Below, piece by piece: positions 9,952 through 17,163 of a stretch of 64,000 nt of DNA (the stretch's first letter is position 1; every line of letters starts with the position of its first letter). Under the pieces are notes generated by a model, which worked only from the letters and a program-made list of their open reading frames with translations, was not told where the DNA came from and did no database searches. This stretch comes from a virus: the IMG/VR virus record IMGVR_UViG_3300043185_000099, positions 1 to 64,000 of that record, one strand, 5' to 3'. Both the position numbers and the translations under genes were made by a program.

Positions 9952-10437
9952 GTGATTGTCTACATCGTCGGTGATGCCACGAGGCCCCAGGGCGACGGCC
10001 TGAAGGTCGTCGCCCACTGTCTCTCGGACACGGGAGCCTGGGGCGCAGGGTTCGTCCTGGCCGTGTCTCGACGATGGCCAAGGCCTGAAGCAGAGTATCG
10101 GCGCTGGTATCGCGAGAAACGGGCAATGTTCCCTCGCATGCTCGGCTGTGTCCAACTCGTCCCCGTCGAACATGACATCTGGATCGCCAACCTCCTTGGA
10201 CAACGAGGAGTCGGGAGAGGACAAGACGGACGACCACCAGTCAGGTACGAGGCTCTCGGGAAGGGTTTCTCTCTGATCGCGGACTTCGCCGAGGCTCATC
10301 CAGAACGTCGTGTATCGGTCCATGCGCCCCGGCTGGGCTGTGGTCTCGCTGGCGGGCGTTGGGAAGAGGTAGAGCCGATTCTGGAACAGACTCTGGTACG
10401 ACGAGGCATCTCTGTCACGGTGTACGATCTCCCGTGA
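9952..10437 (+). CDS. macro domain (TARG1/DarG-like) ADP-ribose processing protein
   Basis: GDAT, AHC, WGAGFV and PRLGCGLAGGRW motifs. Confidence 0.88.
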   Translation: MIVYIVGDATRPQGDGLKVVAHCLSDTGAWGAGFVLAVSRRWPRPEAEYRRWYREKRAMFPRMLGCVQLVPVEHDIWIANLLGQRGVGRGQDGRPPVRYEALGKGFSLIADFAEAHPERRVSVHAPRLGCGLAGGRWEEVEPILEQTLVRRGISVTVYDLP

Positions 10438-11518
10438 ATTTGACGATTCTTCGGCACCACTCCAGGAAATCCTCGATCGACAAGACGTTCCTCATCATGT
10501 TGACGTCCTTGTGAACCCACTGGACATTGTCCGGTCGATAGCCTGTTTCACGGTCGAGGCGATCTAGGGAGGCCGTTCGTCTTCGTCCTCTCAGTTCCAA
10601 GGGAAGCCCAGTCAACGCGCAGTGACCTTGTTGTTTTCGGTATATCTGCCAAGCCTCGGCCGCGGAGAGATCGACCGAGAGGCCGCGACGGCGCGCGCGG
10701 CGAAGAACCCTGGACCACAAGGTGGCCGAGACCTCACCTGACCCCTTGAACTGCAGACATCCACACGATGTCGACTTGTTCTGCACGAGAGAGTCGAACC
10801 GAACCTCCTTCTCCACGCCACACGCGCATCGACATCGGGCCGTGTAAGAGAGACCAGAGGGCGTCCGAGTACGCCATCGTTCTAGCACAGTCCATCTCCC
10901 GTAGCGTGTCTTTCGCGGCATGGGAATGCTCTCTCGAGACGACCCCTTTGCTCGCGGGTTCTCTGCGCAGACGGGACAATCCGGACTGACCACGAGGCCA
11001 CACAGGAACAGAAATCTCGACGGTGTCAAACGTCCCTTCATCAGGTTCACGGTCTTGTGGAGCCACTGAACGTTCGTGATCAGGTAGCCGCGGTCATTGT
11101 CTATGCGGTCGAGCGAGGCGGTCCCTTCCTTGAATCCGAGGGCTTGACCAGACAACGCACAGATGCCTTCCTGAGCTTGAAACAGATCCCAAGCATCCTC
11201 GATGTTCAACTTGAAGTCGTGTCCGCGTTCTCGCGCTCCGCGACCAAGACCAGACCAGTACTTGGCTGGGATGTCTCCGGCTCCGCGCCAGCTCGCGGAT
11301 CGAGATCCACGGAGATCTCTCGTGACCTCGCGATTTAGACACCCACAACTTCGGGTGGCACCTCGCTTGATCGAGGCGACCAACACTTCGATTTCCCTCC
11401 CGCAATCGCAGCGACATTGGGCAACGTAGCGGCGCACTCCCACCCTTCGGCGCCTCAACACAACCAAGCGTCCGAACCTACGGCCGTCCAAGTTCTCCTG
11501 GGAGTAGATGCGGGGCAT
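10415..11518 (-). CDS. HNH-type homing endonuclease, internally duplicated
   Basis: Two copies of CxCxCG...SCGC...CALSG/TG...ASLDRID/LD...NVQW.HK.VN.M. Confidence 0.8.
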   Translation of the reverse strand: MPRIYSQENLDGRRFGRLVVLRRRRVGVRRYVAQCRCDCGREIEVLVASIKRGATRSCGCLNREVTRDLRGSRSASWRGAGDIPAKYWSGLGRGARERGHDFKLNIEDAWDLFQAQEGICALSGQALGFKEGTASLDRIDNDRGYLITNVQWLHKTVNLMKGRLTPSRFLFLCGLVVSPDCPVCAENPRAKGSSRESIPMPRKTRYGRWTVLERWRTRTPSGLSYTARCRCACGVEKEVRFDSLVQNKSTSCGCLQFKGSGEVSATLWSRVLRRARRRGLSVDLSAAEAWQIYRKQQGHCALTGLPLELRGRRRTASLDRLDRETGYRPDNVQWVHKDVNMMRNVLSIEDFLEWCRRIVKFTGDRTP

Positions 11519-11587
11519 GTTTGGACAGACCAGTTTACCACGGGAGGGTTTTCGTATCAAGAATCGTTCTCTAAGAGGGTCCTGGAC

Positions 11588-11878
11588 ATGGCCGAGTCGA
11601 GCAAGAGCACGTCACGTGTAGACAGAGCGTGGGGAGTCTCGGATCCCGTAGCGGCCGCGGTGGGCTACGTCGTGACGATCTTGGCAGTGTTCGGGGTCTT
11701 CAAGAACCTGGGCCTCGATCCCGATCAGGTAGCCACTCTAGGCGGCGCCCTAGGGGGTCTTGTGGCGACCCTCCGTGCCCTCCATGAGAGGAGCAAGAAG
11801 CGCCAGATCACGTCTCTCCTGGAAGAGTTGGAGCGCCATCGAGCATCCTCCTCTCACAGCGGCAGCTCGCCGAAGTAA
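11588..11878 (+). CDS. holin-like small membrane protein
   Basis: Two hydrophobic segments followed by a basic/charged C-terminus. Confidence 0.5.
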   Translation: MAESSKSTSRVDRAWGVSDPVAAAVGYVVTILAVFGVFKNLGLDPDQVATLGGALGGLVATLRALHERSKKRQITSLLEELERHRASSSHSGSSPK

Positions 11879-11895
11879 GATTTCTCCGCCAGCGC

Positions 11896-11924
11896 TTGAC
11901 GTCGTCGAGAAAGCCCGCTAGAGT
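11896..11924 (+). promoter_or_regulatory. sigma70-type promoter
   Basis: TTGACG-17 nt-TAGAGT upstream of the Thr-rich leader and tRNA-Thr cluster. Confidence 0.7.
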
Positions 11925-11970
11925 GCTCCCGTCCCTGTCCTTGGCAGGCGGGACGACCGAGAACCACGCC

Positions 11971-12066
11971 ATGAGACGCACCACGACAACCGAGACCACC
12001 GTGACGGCCAAGCCGGCCGCCGCGATGTGGTCGTGCGGCCCCGATACGGCCGCAATCGCGTGTTGA
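11971..12066 (+). CDS. Thr-rich leader peptide (31 aa, MRRTTTTETTVTAKPAAAMWSCGPDTAAIAC)
   Basis: 7 Thr codons within codons 4-12 (ACC, ACG, ACA). Lies between a promoter and three tRNA-Thr genes; resembles thrL-type leaders. Confidence 0.7.
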   Translation: MRRTTTTETTVTAKPAAAMWSCGPDTAAIAC

Positions 12067-12140
12067 GCGTCTCCCCGGTGTAGTTCCGTCCAACAGACAA
12101 CACCGGGGAGACCCGCAGCACGCGAGCCGACCGGCTAGGC
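12007..12140 (+). promoter_or_regulatory. attenuator-like alternative RNA structures
   Basis: Stems: GTCTCCCCGGTGT/ACACCGGGGAGAC (12069-81/12100-12); CGCGTGTTG/CAGCACGCG competing with the CGCGAT..TGCGGCC/GGCCGCA..ATCGCG hairpin; GCCAAGCCGG/CCGGCTAGGC. Confidence 0.5.
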
Positions 12141-12151
12141 ATCATGCCCTC

Positions 12152-12219
12152 GCTGACGTAGCACAGTGGCAGTGCACCGCCCTCGTACTGCGGGGACAAG
12201 AGTTCGATTCTCGGCTCCA
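12152..12219 (+). pseudogene. tRNA-Thr(CGT), apparently with a ~6-nt deletion in the T-stem/acceptor 3' strand
   Basis: GCTGACG..D-arm..CCGCC CT CGT AC TGCGG..AAGAG TTCGATT CTC[..]GGC T CCA. Confidence 0.65.
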
Positions 12220-12238
12220 CGAACCAGGAGAAACCATC

Positions 12239-12311
12239 GCCGGCGAAGCTCAAGAGGAAGAGCGCCTGACTTGTAATCAGGAGGAAGCGGGTTCGACTCC
12301 CGTAGCCGGCT
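12239..12311 (+). tRNA. tRNA-Thr(TGT)
   Basis: Cloverleaf with anticodon arm CCTGA CT TGT AA TCAGG and T-loop GGTTCGACTCC. Confidence 0.85.
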
Positions 12312-12317
12312 CCCGAC

Positions 12318-12393
12318 GCTACCGTAGCTCAGTCGGGAGAGCGCAAACTTGGTAAGTCTGAGGTCGCCGGTTCGATCCCGGCCGGTAGCTCCA
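12318..12393 (+). tRNA. tRNA-Thr(GGT)
   Basis: Acceptor stem GCTACCG/CGGTAGC, anticodon arm CAAAC TT GGT AA GTCTG, encoded CCA. Confidence 0.9.
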
Positions 12394-12420
12394 AGCGACA
12401 AGACGAGGAAAGGAAGACAG

Positions 12421-12537
12421 ATGCCACGCACGCTCACAGGACCACTCGATCAGGACTCCGACGAGGACGACGATCGTTCGCCGCGTTGGGGTAGTGGTCA
12501 TCCTGTCCGGTTGTCTCCCGGACGACACCGCGGATGA
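12421..12537 (+). CDS. Asp-rich leader ORF (MPRTLTGPLDQDSDEDDDR...) reading into tRNA-Asp
   Basis: Purine-rich Shine-Dalgarno (GAGGAAAGGAAG). 6 Asp codons in 9 codons, ending 5 nt before the tRNA-Asp 5' end. Confidence 0.65.
   Translation: MPRTLTGPLDQDSDEDDDRSPRWGSGHPVRLSPGRHRG
12480..12530 (+). pseudogene. tRNA-Asp(GTC), 5' two-thirds, truncated at the T-stem
   Basis: GCCGCGT TG GGGTAGTGGTCATCCT G TCCGG TT GTC TC CCGGA CGAC ACC, then foreign sequence. Confidence 0.65.
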
Positions 12538-12598
12538 GCAGGTCGCGAAGCGGCGCCGGGAAGAGCACGCACGCGTCGTAGACCACGATGAACGCCAC
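12530..12598 (-). pseudogene. PIN-domain toxin N-terminal fragment
   Basis: GTG start, AFIVVYDACVLFPAPLRDLLIR. Typical start of PIN proteins paired with excisionase-like HTH genes; the similarity stops at the tRNA-Asp junction. Confidence 0.65.
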
Positions 12599-12613
12599 GA
12601 CGCGACCTGCCTG

Positions 12614-13066
12614 TCAGTACCCTAGGTCGTGCTTCTGCGCCTCGGCGGCGAGTTCTTCGAGGGCGGCCTTCGCCTCGACTTCTTCGCGGCGCTTGTACTC
12701 GAGGACATCCGCCATCTTGATCCGACGGTGGGTGCCCACCTTCCGGTGCGGGATCTTTCCCTCCTCGAGCAGGCGCACGACGTGAGGCCGGGAGACGTTC
12801 AGGAACTCGGCCGCCTGCTGGGTGGTCAGCTCCGCGTGCTGCGGAAGGATGGCGACCAGGCTCCCGTTCGCCATGTGCCCGAGCACCTCGACGAGAAGGC
12901 GCAGGGCGTCCGGCGGCAAGGTCACGGTGACCTCGTGCCCATTGTCCTCGGAACGCAGGGTCACGGCCCGTGGGGCCCGGGCCCGCTTGCTCAGGGGCTC
13001 GAGCCCGCGCAGGGCCGAGCGGGCGATCTCGGCGGCGTCCTTTGCGGGTGCAGGGGCGGCGTGCAT
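12614..13066 (-). CDS. excisionase-family HTH DNA-binding protein (putative antitoxin)
   Basis: LTTQQAAEFLNVSRPHVVRLLEEGKIPHRKVGTHRRI. Confidence 0.85.
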   Translation of the reverse strand: MHAAPAPAKDAAEIARSALRGLEPLSKRARAPRAVTLRSEDNGHEVTVTLPPDALRLLVEVLGHMANGSLVAILPQHAELTTQQAAEFLNVSRPHVVRLLEEGKIPHRKVGTHRRIKMADVLEYKRREEVEAKAALEELAAEAQKHDLGY

Positions 13067-13499
13067 GGGGTGGGCTCCGAGGGGAGCTTACCCCTCCGCC
13101 GCGTAAACGCAATAAACGAAACCGACCTGAACCAAGGGAGGTTCAAACCGCCCCAGAAACCAGTTTGCAGACCGTTGGCCGGGTTCGAGGGACGCGAAAG
13201 GGTTTGCGAACTCGCCCACGTTCGCGCTCGCGCGGGATGAGCGCCCGTCGGGGTTCGCGCGGGCGCGCTGCTCGGGGGTGAGACGGGGTCGGGACACGGT
13301 CGCGGGGCCACCAGGGTAGCGTCCGCGGCGCGGGTGGCGGTCGAACCTTCGAGATCGCCGGCGCGCCGGCGATGCGTGGGACTCCGCGAACGCACGGCCC
13401 GGGCCGAGGGATTCACCGATCCTCGGGAAACGGGCAGCTAGAGGGTCTGCGGGCGCGGTGGTGGAGGGGCACAGAGGAGGCGAGGGCCCGGGCGGTCGT

Positions 13500-13800
13500 C
13501 GCGAATGGTACAGGCACACGACGAGGGGCAGGCGAGGTCGCACGGTCACGATCCCGCGAGACCTCGTCCAGGCGCTTCGTGTCGCGAACCCGGGAGCGAA
13601 CGATCCCGTCGCCCGCGGCGCGGATGGGCAACGCGTCATGCCGTGCGCCCTGACCGAGCTGCTCCCCACCTTGCTGCGCAAGGCGGGGCTCGACCGACCC
13701 GGCCTCGGGCTGCACTGCCCGCGGCACACGTACTGCTCGCCGACCGGTACAGGCACCTCGCCCCGAGGCACGTCGAGCAATCCGTTCACGGGCGGCCCGG
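13500..13800 (+). pseudogene. tyrosine recombinase/integrase C-terminal remnant
   Basis: T[R]GRRGRTVTIP and LHC[P]RHTYCS, then a jump to DRYRHLAP (catalytic Tyr region) in another frame with the intervening segment missing. Confidence 0.65.
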
Positions 13801-13848
13801 CCTTGACCCGGACCTGACGGCAAGAAGCCCCGTTTTCGGGGCCTAGAC

Positions 13849-13888
13849 GGAGCGGGAGACGGGATTCGAACCCGCGACATCCAGCTTG
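13849..13888 (-). other. 3' half of a tRNA-Gly (att-like site)
   Basis: Minus strand reads CAAGCTGGATGTCGCGGGTTCGAATCCCGTCTCCCGCTCC. No 5' half nearby; adjacent to the integrase remnant. Confidence 0.7.
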
Positions 13889-13944
13889 CCTTCTAAGCAA
13901 GCGTGCAGCAAAACAAGACCTCGCACTCGGAACGACCTGACATT

Positions 13945-14066
13945 GCCGGACCACGACCCCATCGGGGGGTCACCGACTCAAAATCGGAAAAGACCGCAGC
14001 ACTCGCCTCCCCGAGAGGCATCCGCGGATGGTCCACAAGCTCCTGGTTCGACTCCAGGGTCCGGCG
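13945..14066 (+). tRNA. atypical tRNA-Leu(CAA)-like gene with a ~53-nt variable region
   Basis: Acceptor GCCGGAC/GTCCGGC, anticodon arm CCGA CT CAA AA TCGG, T-arm CCTGG TTCGACT CCAGG. D-arm is non-canonical. Confidence 0.5.
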
Positions 14067-14096
14067 CCGAAGGTGGCCCGCCAGACAGGGCCTACA

Positions 14097-14153
14097 AGCA
14101 AAGTAGCTCAATCGGTTGAGCGTCTCGATCGCAACGAGAAGGTCGCTGGTTCG
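14097..14153 (+). pseudogene. tRNA-like fragment, anticodon CGC (Ala), truncated in the T-loop
   Basis: TAGCTCAATCGGTTGAGCG TCTCG AT CGC AA CGAGA AGGTC GCTGGTTCG, then foreign sequence. Confidence 0.5.
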
Positions 14154-14431
14154 GCAGCCGCTTCCTGGACCCATCGACGGAGAACGTCGCCGTCAAACGT
14201 CTCGGCGAACAGGTGGAGACGGGTCGTGTGCGCTGCAGGTGCACGGAACGAGGTCGCGTAGTACCGGCTGAACTCCTCGATGTAGTGCCGGTCGACGTAC
14301 GGGTGTTCCACGACCATCGTGCCGATGTCGAACCCACCGTGGCGAAAGTAAGCGGCGAGGTACTTGACCTGCTCGGACTCATGGTCCCCGCCGCACACTT
14401 CCGCCACGAGCTGTTGCAGCGGCCGCGTCAT
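14108..14431 (-). pseudogene. N-terminal fragment of a bacterial hypothetical protein
   Basis: VVEHPYVDRHYIEEFSRYYATSF...RLHLF. The frame runs into the antisense of the tRNA fragment, suggesting truncation. Confidence 0.45.
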
Positions 14432-14445
14432 GGCCGATGCCGAGG

Positions 14446-14625
14446 CTACCGCAGGCGGATGCGAAGATCCTTTGCGGTCAACTTCTCAAGAGATGCGGTC
14501 CCGGCTTCCACCGCTGCACGGAACTCGGTCGCCTCCTTGTCCAGGCGGTCGAGATCGGCGTCGGTGAGGGTCGCAGGTCGAGGCAGCTCCGTCGCCAGTT
14601 TCGGCTTCTGGGTCTCGTCGGCCAT
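14446..14625 (-). CDS. small hypothetical protein
   Basis: MADETQKPKL..., GGAG Shine-Dalgarno. Confidence 0.55.
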   Translation of the reverse strand: MADETQKPKLATELPRPATLTDADLDRLDKEATEFRAAVEAGTASLEKLTAKDLRIRLR

Positions 14626-14691
14626 GGTGCGCTCCCGAAGATCCGGGGAGGATCTCGGCGTCAGGCTAGCCGCCGCTGCGCCGAGGCGCAA

Positions 14692-14716
14692 GGTTCAAAT
14701 TCTGTCCCCGCTACCA
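14692..14716 (+). other. 3' fragment of a tRNA-Met(initiator)-like gene
   Basis: GGTTCAAATTCTGTCCCCGCTACCA. Confidence 0.45.
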
Positions 14717-14807
14717 CGACAATCCCGAGGTCGGTCGCCGATGGCGGCGTGACAGGCCGGCCTCGCATGCCCCCCTCCTCAGGGATCGTCGACGTGGCTT
14801 CTATGCC

Positions 14808-15467
14808 ATGTCCTTGACCTCGCTCTGGCGTAGAAGCAAGGTGCGACGCATCTTCCGCTGCCCCCAAGAAGTAGTCTTGGATCCGTCCGAGATTCGCGTC
14901 GCTCGAGCCCTCGGTACGGCGAGACATAATCGAGACCGCAAGCACGGAATCGTTGACCGCCAGGTCGACATCAAAACACCAGACGAGTCGATTCGCCGGG
15001 ATGCCCTGGCGATGGGAGCCGAGCTAGCCCTCTGCAAGGCTTGGAATCTGTATCCGGATCTCACAACCCATCCCCGGCATGGCGGGATCGACACACGCCT
15101 CCACAATGGCCGGACAGTAGACGTCAAACACACTCCGCATGGCTGGAACCTTTGGTTCCCGACCTACAAGACCCTCGACGGGCACGCTGACATCTGTGTG
15201 CTCGTTACCGGCGGAGATCCAGATGGCACTCCCTATGTCATCCAGGGGTGGGCCTGGACCACGGATCTCACCCAGGAGCGGAGGATCGGCCGTCTTCCAC
15301 GTCGGGAGGAGCCGACATACCTGATGACCATTGGCGAGCTGTTCACGGAAATCGAGGACCTCCCGGGGGTTGACCTTCCACCCGCTCGGGAAGTGCCTGA
15401 CCTGGATCTGAGCTGCCTCTGGACCTCCGAGACGCCGTCCCTTGACAACGGCTCTCATTCCACGTAG
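14808..15467 (+). CDS. hypothetical phage protein (possible PD-(D/E)xK fold)
   Basis: GAELALCK...D...TVDVKHT pattern. Confidence 0.6.
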   Translation: MSLTSLWRRSKVRRIFRCPQEVVLDPSEIRVARALGTARHNRDRKHGIVDRQVDIKTPDESIRRDALAMGAELALCKAWNLYPDLTTHPRHGGIDTRLHNGRTVDVKHTPHGWNLWFPTYKTLDGHADICVLVTGGDPDGTPYVIQGWAWTTDLTQERRIGRLPRREEPTYLMTIGELFTEIEDLPGVDLPPAREVPDLDLSCLWTSETPSLDNGSHST

Positions 15468-15470
15468 GAT
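15442..15470 (+). promoter_or_regulatory. sigma70-type promoter
   Basis: TTGACA-17 nt-TAGGAT upstream of tRNA-His. Confidence 0.75.
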
Positions 15471-15523
15471 GCGTCTGAACACGGTCCCATGATGATCTCC
15501 CGACATAGCGACGAGCCACACAT

Positions 15524-15600
15524 GGTGGGTGTAGTGCAGTCGGTCAGAACGCGGGTCTGTGAAACCCGAGGCACCGGTTCGATCCCGGTCACCTACCCCA
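15524..15600 (+). tRNA. tRNA-His(GTG)
   Basis: G-1, anticodon arm CGGGT CT GTG AA ACCCG, T-arm, C discriminator and encoded CCA. Confidence 0.9.
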
Positions 15601-15774
15601 AGAACAACACGAGCGCGCGCTTTATCTAGCCGGATCTCCGCACGACGGAGGATCCGGCCGAGAAGAAACGCGACCCGTCGGACAGCTCTCGACCGAGGCT
15701 GTCCTCGTGGTCGCACTCCTGCGTGCGTCCATCGTGATGGGTGAAAATCATGGACATTGTTCTCTTTCCTGCGG

Positions 15775-15849
15775 TGCCTCGGGTTGGAGTTGAACCAACA
15801 CCTCCTGGTCTTCAGCCAGGCGCTTACGGACCGCGTCAGCTTCCGAGGC
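15775..15849 (-). tRNA. tRNA-Phe(GAA)
   Basis: Acceptor GCCTCGG/CCGAGGC, anticodon arm CCTGG CT GAA GA CCAGG, T-arm GTTGG TTCAACT CCAAC; followed by CCG rather than CCA. Confidence 0.85.
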
Positions 15850-16106
15850 CGCGCATCTGTCTGCGCTGCGGCCAGACCGTAACCGCGGAGCAGTTTACAC
15901 GGCCGGCTCCGCGAGGAGAAGGACCGGCGCCGCAGACTCGCCGCGGTCGGGTAGCTCATCTTCGGGCTCGATGACACTCGTGGTTCACGCGCCAGAGTCG
16001 GGAACGGCAGAACTCTGCCGGAGGATCATCGGGGCCGTGGAGGCGAGGACGTAGAGAATAGGGGAGATGAATGTCGACGGTTCGACCTCGTCCCCGACCA
16101 CCGCCG

Positions 16107-17162
16107 TCACATCGTCCGCGCGAAGAACTCCTCGTGCTCGGGCGGCAGCGTGCCGAGCACGTGCATGGCGAACGCCTCCGGGAAGTGCTCGGTCACCTTC
16201 GTGGCCGCGTAGTCCGACGGGAAACTCCTGGCCATCGCCTCGTGCTCCATGAGGTTCCAGAGGGAGTTCGCCGACACCTTCGCTCCCGTGGACAGGACCA
16301 CCAGGATCCTGCCCCGCAGATCGGTCTCGTACTTGACTATCGTGGGAGTCTCCTTGGCCCCCTTGATCGGCACCGGGAGTAGATCGCCCGGCTTCGGAAG
16401 AGAGACTTGAGGGCGCCTGATCCCCAACTCCGTATGTCTGGCGGCCCACGCCTGCTTTTGCGTGCCTGACATGAACTTTGTCCAGTAGCGGTGTCCCAGC
16501 TCGTGTAGGAAGTTGTGCAGTTCCCCGCGTCCGACCTTCAGGTGCGGCCGCAGGTAGACGTCGTCCCCAGCCTCGTAGTACCACGCCAGCGTACGAGGTT
16601 GCTTGAGCCGTCCGACGAGGAATACGTCCCCATAGAGAACACGCGCCAGGTCGCTCCCCGCGCGCCGTAGCTTGGTCTCAGCCTGCGTGAGCAGACTCTT
16701 GATCGTGTCGAGCTTCCGGTCGTCGAGGTGCAGCGAGTTGTGAACCGTGAACGGTCCAACCTTGACCAGCTCCTGGACTTCGCGAGGGCTCTCTCCACGC
16801 TCCGGCCACTTCTCGGCCTCTAGGATGGTGGCGATGTGGCGTCGGTTCTTCGCCCACCACTTCACGATGTTTTTTGTTCGCGAGGCCTCGACGGCTCTGG
16901 CCGCAAGCTCGACCGCCTTCGCCTTTCCGGGAGGGATGGACCTCGTCTCGACGATCCATCGGGCGATCTGCTGCGCGTGGATGATAATCCGGCCCCACAG
17001 TACCCGGAGCAGCATGTCGCCCGGATCGCCCTTCACCAGTTCCTCCTCCAGCTGGTCGACGGTGCGACGTAAGTCTCCGTAGAGCCAGGAGATGCGTGAC
17101 GGATCATGGACCATCCCCGCGATCCACCGAGATGCGACACGTTTGGAGACTACACTCGTCAC
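16107..17162 (-). CDS. HEXXH zinc metallopeptidase-like protein
   Basis: LHELGH with downstream YA...EHFPEAF. Confidence 0.7.
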   Translation of the reverse strand: MTSVVSKRVASRWIAGMVHDPSRISWLYGDLRRTVDQLEEELVKGDPGDMLLRVLWGRIIIHAQQIARWIVETRSIPPGKAKAVELAARAVEASRTKNIVKWWAKNRRHIATILEAEKWPERGESPREVQELVKVGPFTVHNSLHLDDRKLDTIKSLLTQAETKLRRAGSDLARVLYGDVFLVGRLKQPRTLAWYYEAGDDVYLRPHLKVGRGELHNFLHELGHRYWTKFMSGTQKQAWAARHTELGIRRPQVSLPKPGDLLPVPIKGAKETPTIVKYETDLRGRILVVLSTGAKVSANSLWNLMEHEAMARSFPSDYAATKVTEHFPEAFAMHVLGTLPPEHEEFFARTM

Positions 17163-17163
17163 G

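Noticed and set aside
13849-13940. Intron-split tRNA-Gly
   Set aside because: No 5' half was found on the minus strand upstream; an att-like remnant beside an integrase fragment is the simpler explanation.
15601-15770. Structured ncRNA between the convergent tRNA-His and tRNA-Phe
   Set aside because: Hairpins are present but expected at this GC content or as terminators. A 43-aa minus-strand ORF with an SD also occupies the space, and no RNA family was recognisable.
15850-16080. Phe-rich leader upstream of tRNA-Phe
   Set aside because: The ORF reading into the tRNA has only one TTC and no frame shows Phe clustering. It counts as a non-supporting case for the leader model.
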